From a virus (lineage: Duplodnaviria > Heunggongvirae > Uroviricota > Caudoviricetes), in IMG/VR virus record IMGVR_UViG_3300032167_000002, positions 152,286 to 216,285 of that record: a stretch of 64,000 nt of DNA; one strand, given 5' to 3'. Below the pieces are notes generated by a model. The model did not search any database, was not told the origin of the DNA, and saw nothing but the letters and a program-made list of their open reading frames with translations. Both the position numbers and the translations under genes were made by a program. Every line of letters begins with the position of its first letter. The first letter of the stretch is position 1. Below are positions 50,930-58,478 of the stretch, in pieces.

Positions 50930-51006
50930 TGGTGGGCCCCCTGGGTCTCGAACCCAGATAGTCCCGGTTATGAGCCGGGCGCACTAGCCAATTGTACTAA
51001 AGGCCC
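50930..51006 (-). tRNA. tRNA-Met (CAT), elongator-type
   Basis: GGGCCTT TA GTAC AATTGGCTA GTGC G CCCGG CTCATAA CCGGG ... GGGGCCC A CCA. Confidence 0.75.
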
Positions 51007-51229
51007 GTGTGAATTGCCTCTTGGCGTGCTGTATTGCGTGTATTACACTAATCCTTCTTCCAAGAGGCTCATATTACCCAGTCACTAGTAAACTGTACCT
51101 AATATGATTGCAGTTTTTTGACCGTTCAAGTCTTAGTCTCGGCACTAAGGTTAACCCCTCTTTATTCGTATACTGCCAACCTTGGGAAGAGGCTCCACCA
51201 GCACTTCCGGACAAGCCCTGGCTTCATCG

Positions 51230-51260
51230 CCACCGCATTCCGCGGGATAATGGTGGATAC
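51230..51260 (-). ncRNA. tRNA 3' minihelix fragment (T-arm plus 3' acceptor plus CCA) with no matching 5' half
   Basis: CGAGG TTCGAGT CCTCG AGTATCC A CCA. No GGATACT partner upstream. Confidence 0.4.
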
Positions 51261-51424
51261 TCGAGGACTCGAACCTCGCTTTTTTCATGTAGCCTTCTGG
51301 AGAGACCCCATCCACGCTACACCGGTTTCGCGCACGCAAGGCGACAGTGGGCGTTTATCTCCACATCGCAGTTTTTACTTCCGTACTACTTACATTACTT
51401 ATCCTCCCTGTGAGGAGCTACCCT

Positions 51425-51500
51425 GGTGCCCGTTGGGGGATTCGAACCCTCGACACCCTGATTAAGAGTCAGGTGCTCTGACCAGCTGAGCTAAACGGGC
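51425..51500 (-). tRNA. tRNA-Lys (CTT)
   Basis: GCCCGTT TA GCTC AGCTGGTC AGAGC A CCTGA CTCTTAA TCAGG ... AACGGGC A CCA. Confidence 0.75.
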
Positions 51501-51672
51501 GTGGTATATTATCGTAGATAATTGTAATGTTATGCTCTTGGCAATATCCTTTCCAACAACGATAACATCTTTGCTCTCTTTCTATTGGCTCATAGCAAGT
51601 TGTTGCCACAGTGCATAAACATATTGTAGGGCATCTATGATTATCAATTTCCTTGTCAATATTGATTTCCAT
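51469..51672 (-). CDS. Small Cys-rich protein (3' end uncertain; the track ORF runs into tRNA-Lys)
   Basis: CPTICLC...CYRCWKGYC. Confidence 0.3.
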   Translation of the reverse strand: MEINIDKEIDNHRCPTICLCTVATTCYEPIEREQRCYRCWKGYCQEHNITIIYDNIPRPFSSAGQST

Positions 51673-51702
51673 AGGATTTTCCCCTTTCTTTATCTTACAT
51701 AT

Positions 51703-51733
51703 ATATTATAACATATTTTTTTATAAAAATCAA
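51703..51733 (-). promoter_or_regulatory. Stereotyped sigma-70 promoter (-35 TTGATT, 17-nt spacer, extended -10 TGATATAAT) reading leftward
   Basis: + strand tatatattataacatatttttttataaaaatcaa, the reverse complement of TTGATTTTTATAAAAAAATATGTTATAATATATA. Confidence 0.6.
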
Positions 51734-51950
51734 ATAAAATAAAAAACAGCGAATAAGGCTAATCTTTGGACTTAGGTCGGATCTGATTTCCAGATATCCG
51801 ATTGCCACTTAGTTCCAACTGTAAAACCTTATTCGCACCCCATAGGGCGGTCTCGAGGAATTTCTCCCAGTGCACTAAGGCGAGACCGGTCGAGCAATAA
51901 TGACTTGGTGCGCCGCCTGGGATTCGAACCCAGGACACCCGCCTTTTTCA

Positions 51951-52419
51951 GTCATTCGATGAAAGTATCTTCAAGTTTGAAATCTTTTGCGAAATTGATA
52001 TTCTTAGTCTGACCATTCTTTGTAGGCTTTAAACGCAATCTACAAGAACGACTACCAGCTTTATCAACTGGAACAAGATAGCACTGATGATTATGCATTG
52101 TAGCAAAATAATCAATGTCATCCGCAGAATAAGATTGATATACTGTCTTTTGAGTATTTGTATGAGAGGATTGAGTCTTAAACTCAATATAATCTTCATC
52201 TTCACTCAATGATGATGTCTTTACTTGAATACGATATAACTGATGGTTGATATCAACGATAAAGTCATAGCGACTATCAGATACCAAAGGCTTACACACT
52301 TGATACCCCAATGTCAAAAACGATTCGGCAACTTGGAGTTCAGTAATTTCACCTTGGAAATGAGTGTTTAACACTTAATTCACCTCCTGGGAAAATACTT
52401 TCTTCTCCTGTGTGAAAAG
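51951..52419 (-). mobile_element. Intron-like insertion in the tRNA anticodon loop carrying a homing-endonuclease-type ORF
   Basis: Lies between the two exon halves. The ORF stop TGA sits 8 nt before the 3' exon. Reminiscent of tRNA group I introns with PD-(D/E)XK endonucleases such as I-Ssp6803I. Confidence 0.5.
51952..52374 (-). CDS. PD-(D/E)XK-type putative homing endonuclease inside the split tRNA
   Basis: GTG start with SD AGGAGGTG. SRYDFIVDINHQLYRIQVK core. Paralogous to 56793..57200. Confidence 0.55.
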   Translation of the reverse strand: MLNTHFQGEITELQVAESFLTLGYQVCKPLVSDSRYDFIVDINHQLYRIQVKTSSLSEDEDYIEFKTQSSHTNTQKTVYQSYSADDIDYFATMHNHQCYLVPVDKAGSRSCRLRLKPTKNGQTKNINFAKDFKLEDTFIE

Positions 52420-52469
52420 GGCGGTGCTCTGAAACCTGCTGAGCTAGCGGCGCATATGAAGGGAAAAGT

Positions 52470-52496
52470 GGGATGGGCCTTTTGTTGACCCATCCC
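52470..52496 (-). terminator. Hairpin GGGATGGGCCTTTTGTTGACCCATCCC upstream of the split tRNA
   Basis: Stem-loop seen in the sequence. Confidence 0.4.
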
Positions 52497-52943
52497 GCAA
52501 GACATAAGATGTTTCTAAAAAGATCATTCTCTATGTTTGTTTGTCAAATATTGAGTATTATCATTTTGAAAATTTTGCTGTATATGTCTTGTATAAATAC
52601 TCTCCTTTGGTGGTAACTTTCATTTATGCGATGATGAGTGTCGAGAGCCTCATCACATCTACTACTGATTATCACATTCCCGGAGAGCCGAAAGTTTTTT
52701 TAGTAAAACCATTCTTCTTTCTATCATTTAAAAACGCGACTGTTAAGTCATCATAGAAGCTACTTGAAGTAGCGATCTGTACTATTAAGTACAAGCTGGT
52801 TTGCTGTATGGCTCTCAGTGTTTCTATAAATAATTACTTTTCCGTCGAGGCCACCTGTTAATAACGGAATTTGCGAGCTAGCCCTCCTCGAGCTTCTATC
52901 CGCAATAGACGGACCAGTATCAACACCTGGCGAATTATTTATA

Positions 52944-53018
52944 TGGAGCGGGTAAGGGGAATCGAACCCCTCTATCCTGCTTGGAAGGCAGGCGCACTAG
53001 CCGATGTACTACACCCGC
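52944..53018 (-). tRNA. tRNA-Gly (TCC)
   Basis: GCGGGTG TA GTAC ATCGGCTA GTGC GCCTGC CTTCCAA GCAGG ... CACCCGC T CCA. Confidence 0.75.
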
Positions 53019-53105
53019 AAAGAATGGGGCACTCCGAGGAATGCCCCCGAGAAGATAGGAACTTTAAAGAAAGGGGAGAAGATTTTTTCTTTATTTCCTG
53101 TACTA

Positions 53106-53136
53106 TTATTATACCAAAAAATTTTTGAAAAATCAA
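53106..53136 (-). promoter_or_regulatory. Stereotyped sigma-70 promoter reading toward tRNA-Gly
   Basis: + strand tattattataccaaaaaatttttgaaaaatcaa. Confidence 0.55.
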
Positions 53137-53137
53137 C

Positions 53138-53434
53138 TCATTTTCTAATGAACCAACGACGATATTCTTGATATGCTTCTTCGCGATCGGGAAATTCGGA
53201 ATATCTCCAATCCCACTCGTACCATCTTTTGACGAGACTCTCCCAATATTGCTCGAAAGAAGTGCCGACTGTTTCATAGTCGCAAATATCATATTGGCAA
53301 AACACCTTTTTGTATGTATTACCTTTAGGATGCTCGTCGATGGGAAGACGGCGCACTTTGCGATTAGCATATCTTTTAAAGAATTTGTCTTTTGTATCAC
53401 CCGAGCGAGGGGTGTGTTTGAATGATCTACTCAT
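53138..53434 (-). CDS. Hypothetical basic protein
   Basis: 98-aa track ORF, co-transcribed with tRNA-Leu. Confidence 0.35.
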   Translation of the reverse strand: MSRSFKHTPRSGDTKDKFFKRYANRKVRRLPIDEHPKGNTYKKVFCQYDICDYETVGTSFEQYWESLVKRWYEWDWRYSEFPDREEAYQEYRRWFIRK

Positions 53435-53511
53435 TACTTCTAACCTCCTTTACGGTAGTTAGAAGACACTCAACCTCCACATTGGAAACACATCCTTTCA
53501 ATAAAGATAAG

Positions 53512-53598
53512 TGGTGCCGGCGACCGGACTCGAACCGGTACGGGCACAGGCCCAAGGGATTTTAAGTCCCTGGTGTCTACCTATTCCACCACGCCGGC
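53512..53598 (-). tRNA. tRNA-Leu (TAA), type II
   Basis: GCCGGCG TG GTGGAATAGGTAGACAC CAGGGA CTTAAAA TCCCT plus a long variable arm ... CGCCGGC A CCA. Confidence 0.75.
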
Positions 53599-53698
53599 AG
53601 ATTTACAAGGCTCATTTTTTTTCTCTCAAGCATTACCAATTTTATGTCGGTTAGAAAAAGTGAAATTTGCTGTATGAGCCTTTCTTTATCTTCTATAT

Positions 53699-53729
53699 AT
53701 ATTATATCATATTTTTTTATAAAAATCAA
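53699..53729 (-). promoter_or_regulatory. Stereotyped sigma-70 promoter immediately downstream of the suppressor tRNAs
   Basis: + strand tatatattatatcatatttttttataaaaatcaa. Confidence 0.6.
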
Positions 53730-53741
53730 CTTTCCGCACAA

Positions 53742-53816
53742 TGGCGGGGGGCCTGGGATTCGAACCCAGCCACAACGGTTTTAGAGACCGCCGCGCTACC
53801 GCTACGCTAACCCCCA
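53742..53816 (-). tRNA. Amber suppressor tRNA, anticodon CTA, tRNA-Gln-like (U1.C72 open pair, G2-C71, G3-C70, G10, G73)
   Basis: TGGGGGT TA GCGT AGCGGTA GCGC G GCGGT CTCTAAA ACCGT TGTGG CTGGG TTCGAAT CCCAG GCCCCCC G CCA. + strand tag at 53782-84 inside tttagag. The acceptor end resembles tRNA-Gln(CTG) at 59382..59457. Confidence 0.8.
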
Positions 53817-53891
53817 TGGCACCGGCGCTCTGACTCGAACAGAGATATGCGGGGTTAGAGCCCGCCGTCCTAGCCATTGAACGACACCGGA
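53817..53891 (-). tRNA. Second suppressor tRNA, anticodon CTA, with Trp-like D and T arms (G73, U1.U72)
   Basis: TCCGGTG TC GTTC AATGGCTA GGAC G GCGGG CTCTAAC CCCGC ATAT CTCTG TTCGAGT CAGAG CGCCGGT G CCA. + strand tag at 53856-58. Abuts the first suppressor with no spacer. Confidence 0.7.
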
Positions 53892-53920
53892 ATATTCCAC
53901 AAGGCACAATTTGATATTTA

Positions 53921-53950
53921 ACGGCGCTCTACCATCTGAGCTACGACCCC
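53921..53950 (-). ncRNA. tRNA 5'-half fragment (acceptor plus D-arm) with no anticodon or T arms
   Basis: GGGGTCG TA GCTC AGATGGT AGAGC G CCGTT..., then unrelated sequence up to the second suppressor tRNA. Confidence 0.4.
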
Positions 53951-53954
53951 TATA

Positions 53955-53995
53955 TGGCAGGGGCGGTAGGATTCGAACCTACGACTTCCGGCTTG
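53955..53995 (-). ncRNA. tRNA 3'-half fragment (variable region, T-arm, acceptor, CCA) directly after the leader motif
   Basis: ...AAGCCGGAAGTC GTAGG TTCGAAT CCTAC CGCCCCT G CCA. Not complementary to the adjacent 5' fragment. Confidence 0.4.
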
Positions 53996-54040
53996 GCAGG
54001 CTTAATCAATAAATTGCTGTTTATGCCTTTATCTTATATT

Positions 54041-54071
54041 ATATTATATCAAAAATTTTTTATAAAGTCAA
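54041..54071 (-). promoter_or_regulatory. Stereotyped promoter variant (-35 TTGACT)
   Basis: + strand atattatatcaaaaattttttataaagtcaa. Confidence 0.5.
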
Positions 54072-54334
54072 TTATTGGGTTGAGGCAAATCTTCCCAGAT
54101 AGTAGATTCTTCAACGCAATCACACTCAATAATTGCGTCATCATTTACCGCCTTAGAATACCAGAGTTTGTCGCTACCAAGAATATAAGTTCTTTTTTCT
54201 TGAATAACATATACTTCACTACCCATAGCGAGTTCTGCTACCTTTAAAAGTTTTACATCATCTGCAGTGTCTGCTACAAATTGAACATAATGAGATTGGT
54301 AGCGATTATTCTAAAAAACTTTAATACTAGCCAT
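54068..54334 (-). CDS. Small hypothetical protein with an in-frame TAG at 54311-13
   Basis: SD AAAGGAAAA before the ATG. MASIKVF[TAG]NNRYQSHYVQFVADTADDVKLLKVAELAMGSEVYVIQEK...EDLPQPNN. TGA at 54068. Confidence 0.45.
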
Positions 54335-54529
54335 ATTTTCTCATTTTCCTTTCTATAAAAATTTTTTCATTTCGCTAAATTTTTCTTTTATTGCGACCTT
54401 TACCTTCAGCAATATAGCGTTTCAAAAATTTACACCCCGAACAACCATTTCGATTTTTACAACACCAACAACCATCTGTGTCGGGCCAAAAGTAACGAGG
54501 AGGCTGCGGCCGCATCTTGCGGTGCCCCA

Positions 54530-54859
54530 TTATGCGTAACGATTGCGCTTGTGTTTAGGCGCAAAATAACCGGCTTCGCGCAAATCTTCATCCATAGCAA
54601 CTACCTTCCGCAAATCGGAGGCACGATAAAGAATTGCTTGATTATAGTTTCCGCTTCTGTGTCTCTTGGAACCCTTGTTGCGAGTTTTGGTATTGCAATC
54701 GGGACAAGAACAATGGATTTTGTTTTTTGAATACTGATGGAGATTATTATACCAAGGAACAGGTTTTCCATCATTATAACTGGTTTTGTGCTGAATGTCA
54801 ATTCTACGCTTTCTCTTGGCTTTACGAATTGATACATCTCTATTATAAGCACCAATCAA
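54530..54859 (-). CDS. Hypothetical basic protein
   Basis: 109-aa track ORF. Confidence 0.3.
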   Translation of the reverse strand: MIGAYNRDVSIRKAKRKRRIDIQHKTSYNDGKPVPWYNNLHQYSKNKIHCSCPDCNTKTRNKGSKRHRSGNYNQAILYRASDLRKVVAMDEDLREAGYFAPKHKRNRYA

Positions 54860-54966
54860 ATCACATCATCCTCTCTATTTAGTTTAGGCTCAGTCGGTTT
54901 GGGCGGGTAGCACCAAACATCTCCTCGACGTCGACGAAGGTATTCTTCTTCTTGAACTACAACTGA

Positions 54967-55055
54967 TGGCGGACAGGGAGGGATTCGAACCCCCGGAGCA
55001 TTACGCCCGCCGGTTTTCAAGACCGGTGTAATAAGCCAGACTCTACCACCTGTCC
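54967..55055 (-). tRNA. tRNA-Ser (TGA), type II
   Basis: GGACAGG TG GTAGAGTCTGGCTTATTAC A CCGGT CTTGAAA ACCGG plus a long variable arm ... CCTGTCC G CCA. Confidence 0.75.
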
Positions 55056-55092
55056 ATCTCTATTGAAGGGGCATAGCGCCCCTTCTATCGAA

Positions 55093-55455
55093 TTACATCT
55101 TTGCCAGAATCTTCTGGAGATCACTCTGAGCTTCACAAACCTCAGCACAGGCATCAGCATTGTATTGAGCCATATCATCAACATACTTCTGGGCCATCTT
55201 CAGCTGCTCATGAGCCTTCTTCAGCAAGCGAGCGGAACGAGCCTGACGCTTGCGGGCGATCTTCTCAGCGCAGCGGGCAATAGCCAACTTCTTGCCCTTC
55301 TCTTCATCGTAGGTATCATTCTCGTGAACGATTGCATTTCCCTTTACAACCTTACCGGCGTAAGTGGAATAAGCGATGATTTCAGTGGTCTTGTAGTCCT
55401 TATGCTGATGCACAACAATATTGTACTTTTCAACTGGATATCTCATTTTCTTCAC
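55093..55455 (-). CDS. Hypothetical protein
   Basis: 120-aa track ORF. Confidence 0.3.
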   Translation of the reverse strand: MKKMRYPVEKYNIVVHQHKDYKTTEIIAYSTYAGKVVKGNAIVHENDTYDEEKGKKLAIARCAEKIARKRQARSARLLKKAHEQLKMAQKYVDDMAQYNADACAEVCEAQSDLQKILAKM

Positions 55456-55531
55456 CTTTTACTCTTTTTTATTTGTGGGAGTGTCAAAAAGGGTAACTCG
55501 TAAGTTTGCTCCCAGAACGAGTTTTCACCAT

Positions 55532-55606
55532 TGGAGCCCCGACCCGGACTTGAACCGAGAACGGAGGATTACAAATCCACTGTTTTACCGATTGAACTAT
55601 CGGGGC
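55532..55606 (-). tRNA. tRNA-Thr (TGT)
   Basis: GCCCCGA TA GTTC AATCGGTA AAAC A GTGGA TTTGTAA TCCTC ... TCGGGGC T CCA, with one anticodon-stem mismatch. Confidence 0.65.
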
Positions 55607-55735
55607 ATAAACAAGACCCTTTTCATTTATTACGCGGATTCGAACCGCTAAATTTTCATTTGAAGTAAAAATTATTATCCAAGAAAAAAGATTGCAGGAA
55701 GGGTCTTTTTTTATTTATTTTCATTTCTTATGTAT

Positions 55736-55766
55736 ATATTATACAAAAAAATTTTATAAAAATCAA
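55736..55766 (-). promoter_or_regulatory. Stereotyped sigma-70 promoter
   Basis: + strand tatatattatacaaaaaaattttataaaaatcaa. Confidence 0.55.
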
Positions 55767-56698
55767 GTGCGGACGGGTCGCCCAAATCCGCTGACAAGCA
55801 CACTATTGCGCGCTTTACGGACGGGCGGCCGCAAGAAAAAACCCATATTGAATTTCAAACTCTACCTACTCCATATGCGCTAACGGTCTTTCCGTCGCCA
55901 TATGCTACCACCTAACGCTCATACTTTGTCGGGTTTGTATCCGTGTTGTGACAAAATTGAGGTATTTTTACTTTCCATCGGTATTGTTTTCGATCCAATA
56001 TGGATTTTCCACTCAAAATCAATCTTTCGCTTTTCATCGCCTTACCTCAGTATTGGGCTATATTACCGAGCGCTACTCAATCAAGAATGAGATTTTTATA
56101 CTTTTATGTAATCATATAGCAGTTGCGAGTCTGTATCATTATCGCTACCCAATCTCACCTACTTATTTCGCAGTAGGGGCGCCTGGACTTAATCTTCATA
56201 TTCGGAACCCGACTCAGTTTATGCTCCAGGGACCTTACAGCAGAGGGATAATTTGCTTACAACATAGACCGTAGACTATGAAGAAGAAATTATCGTAATA
56301 TCAATTCATACAACTACTGCAATCTGATTATTCAACCAGACCGGTCAAAAGAGAAATCAGCAAACTCTTACCTTATCTAACGCAATAAGGAGCGTTGAAT
56401 TAGATGTCTGATACGTATCAGCACGGGCCGGGATGTATCGTTTCACCACAGTCACCAGGCGAAAGGAAAAAACCTCACCTAATCCAAATGCCACCAAGAA
56501 CCTTCAGCCATAGGAGCAGTTCTCACGTCATTACCCTAACGAGGATTTGGGAACTCATTTCTGAGCTTTGCATCGTACCCCGCCTATATTCGCAGCGAAT
56601 GGCATTCTATTTGATTGTAGAAGTTTTTGGAAGAGAACGATAACTCTAAGCGTTTCATTTTGACTTGTACGCATAACTATGTCTAGGCATGGAGCCTA

Positions 56699-56784
56699 TG
56701 GTGGGCCAGGTAGGACTTGAACCTACAATGTCATACGAACCCGATTTACAGTCGGGGGTGGTACCAATTACACTCTACTGACCC
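56699..56784 (-). tRNA. tRNA-Tyr (GTA), type II
   Basis: GGGTCAG ... CCCGA CTGTAAA TCGGG TTCGTATGACATT GTAGG TTCAAGT CCTAC CTGGCCC A CCA. Confidence 0.7.
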
Positions 56785-56792
56785 ATATGGTA

Positions 56793-57200
56793 TTACAAAG
56801 ACACCATATATTGATAAGTTTGGAAACCTTGTCCATTTGCAGATTTTTGAGTACGCAAAGAAATTTGTTTACTTACTCCATAATCTCGCAAATCTTGCAC
56901 TGGAATAACATACATATGCATTTCGCCATCTAAGCAGAACAAATAATCAACAGGATGATTTAGTACAGAATCATAAACACTACCTTTTGTGCCACCCGCA
57001 CTCTTCATAGAAACTACATTATCAGCACTGCCAGTTGCTTTACATTGAACGGTTTTGAACTCACCGTCTTTTTCAATAACTAAATCATACCATTGAGTAT
57101 CATTTAGAGGCACATTTACTGTATATCCATTGGCTCCAAAATAAGCGATTGCTATCGCCATACCAGCGCGACCCTTATCACGATTAGTTTCAAATAACAT
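56793..57200 (-). CDS. PD-(D/E)XK-type putative homing endonuclease, paralog of the tRNA-intron ORF
   Basis: ...GANGYTVNVPLNDTQWYDLVIEKDGEFKTVQCK... parallels ...TLGYQVCKPLVSDSRYDFIVDINHQLYRIQVK... in 51952..52374. Abuts tRNA-Tyr. Confidence 0.5.
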   Translation of the reverse strand: MLFETNRDKGRAGMAIAIAYFGANGYTVNVPLNDTQWYDLVIEKDGEFKTVQCKATGSADNVVSMKSAGGTKGSVYDSVLNHPVDYLFCLDGEMHMYVIPVQDLRDYGVSKQISLRTQKSANGQGFQTYQYMVSL

Positions 57201-57534
57201 AATAAAAACCTCTTTTCTTTTAGTTTCTACTATACTTCAAAACCAAATCAAATAAATTATCCAACGCCGGCCACGGTGTCCGCCGAAATATATAATGCCT
57301 TGTCAAAGTATATGTCTAACCTCAGCTTTGACTACCTACCGGTCTGCGCTCGTCCCGGGTGGAACCCAGATCGCTTAGACACTTCCCGACGCATCGTGAA
57401 AACGGGTCCGGTGCAGGCACCGGTCCTTGGAGGCTCAATACGTCACGCGAGGACTTTCGCTATAGCCTTGTTCAACAAAAAAGTTATTTATACGCAGTAG
57501 CGGCTAACTCTACTACAACAATAACCTTGGGCCG

Positions 57535-57593
57535 TGGTGAGGGACCTTGGACTTGAACCAAGAAGCCAATAAGGCGCCGGATTTACTGTCCGA
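57535..57593 (-). ncRNA. Partial Tyr-like tRNA (anticodon arm with GTA, long variable arm, T-arm, 3' acceptor, CCA) lacking a pairing 5' half
   Basis: TCGGA CAGTAAA TCCGG CGCC TTATTGGC TT CTTGG TTCAAGT CCAAG GTCCCTC A CCA. No GAGGGAC 5' strand within 600 nt. Confidence 0.4.
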
Positions 57594-58412
57594 TTTGAAT
57601 TGCTGTTAGCGGCTTTAGACCAAGACACTATTCGTTTCCGGTCCGGTGCGTCTACCAATTCCGCCAGTCCACTCATATTGAGAACTTTGAAAAGTTTTGC
57701 TGTCCTTCGACATACTCTCTATAACCTTCACCTATATTCGATCACTAGGGAGACAAGTCTGAGCTCAAGGGAGCGACCCTTAAACTTCTTGCCCCAGCTC
57801 CTACTGGAGCCAAGTCCTACACAGGGTTGTTTACCTGTAACTTTCACCCGCCATTCAGAATTATTTGATAATTTTTGCTATTACCCAAATACACTAAACA
57901 GCAATTTCTTTCTTCTCGTCATTGCGATAGGGCTACTCGTACCCCGACCTTACCTTATAGCCCGATTACTCGGACATCAACGCAGACTCTCTTATTGGTA
58001 TACTATGGTTTGAAACAGTCACCAGCTAATCCCTAACATAGCTTATTCCCCACAGGGGCGTCTATTGCGAGAGCGATAAGACGGTATCTTTAGATGCGAT
58101 TATCTTTGCACTCCTCTCCATCCAGGCCCCTCCGTTCGGAGGGCGGCCCGCACACATCACTGTATGCAGATCTACCTATTACTGGCTATCGTCAGTAAAT
58201 TGCTTTTCGGACTCCTGGCGCCCACGGGCAGGATGAGGATCTCGGCACGATGGTATTCGTTCTTCACCGAGGTGCAAAACTTTTCAAGGTTCAAACTGAT
58301 ATTAGTCGAAATCGCAACCACCAGGCTTACTCAGCGGAGGGTTATCAGTTATCGGTTGCTTCAAGGCAGGTTTAATCGTTTTCTAGAATGGAGCGTCAAG
58401 AAATGGATTATG

Positions 58413-58427
58413 ATTGCTGTGTCTGCC
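58413..58427 (-). repeat. Conserved transcript-leader motif, minus-strand GGCAGACACAGCAAT; one of at least 8 copies in the tRNA region
   Basis: + strand ttgctgt[a/g]t[a/g/c]tg[a/c]gcc also at 52571-87, 53665-80, 54011-27, 60228-43, 61137-54, 61680-96 and 62382-97. Usually 25-35 nt downstream of a promoter -10. Confidence 0.5.
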
Positions 58428-58445
58428 TTTCTTTATCTTACATAT

Positions 58446-58476
58446 ATATTATATCATATTTTTTTTATAAAATCAA
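58446..58476 (-). promoter_or_regulatory. Stereotyped sigma-70 promoter feeding the long noncoding stretch 58430-57240
   Basis: + strand tatatattatatcatattttttttataaaatcaa. Confidence 0.55.
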
Positions 58477-58478
58477 GT

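Larger units (their letters stand above)
51906..52454 (-). tRNA. Split tRNA gene: 5' exon about 52420-52454, 3' exon 51906-51950, interrupted in the anticodon loop by a roughly 470-nt ORF-containing insertion; anticodon ambiguous (UUU, UAA, UUC or UUA)
   Basis: 5' GCGCCGC TA GCTC ...GAGC A CCGCC CTTTT.... 3' ...CTGAAAAA GGCGG GTGTC CTGGG TTCGAAT CCCAG GCGGCGC A CCA. Acceptor 7/7 and anticodon stem 5/5 complementary across the insertion. Confidence 0.6.

Noticed and set aside
52541-52756. A + strand 71-aa ORF in the tRNA region as the only forward-strand gene
   Set aside because: It has no promoter or SD in the right orientation, lies in a region containing a leader-motif copy and hairpins belonging to the minus-strand transcripts, and every other supportable gene is on the minus strand.
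53921-53995. Adjacent 3'-half and 5'-half tRNA fragments as a circularly permuted tRNA gene
   Set aside because: The 3' acceptor strand CGCCCCT would need the 5' strand AGGGGCG, but the neighbouring 5' fragment starts GGGGTCG with canonical U8 and a GCTC D-stem. The two halves are not complementary.
51230-57620. tRNA-like 3' fragments interpreted as 3' ends of a tmRNA or RNase P RNA
   Set aside because: No complementary 5' GGGG acceptor partner, tag-peptide reading frame (...ALAA-stop), or P4 or CR-I-like pairing could be found by eye within plausible distance. I left them as orphan minihelices.
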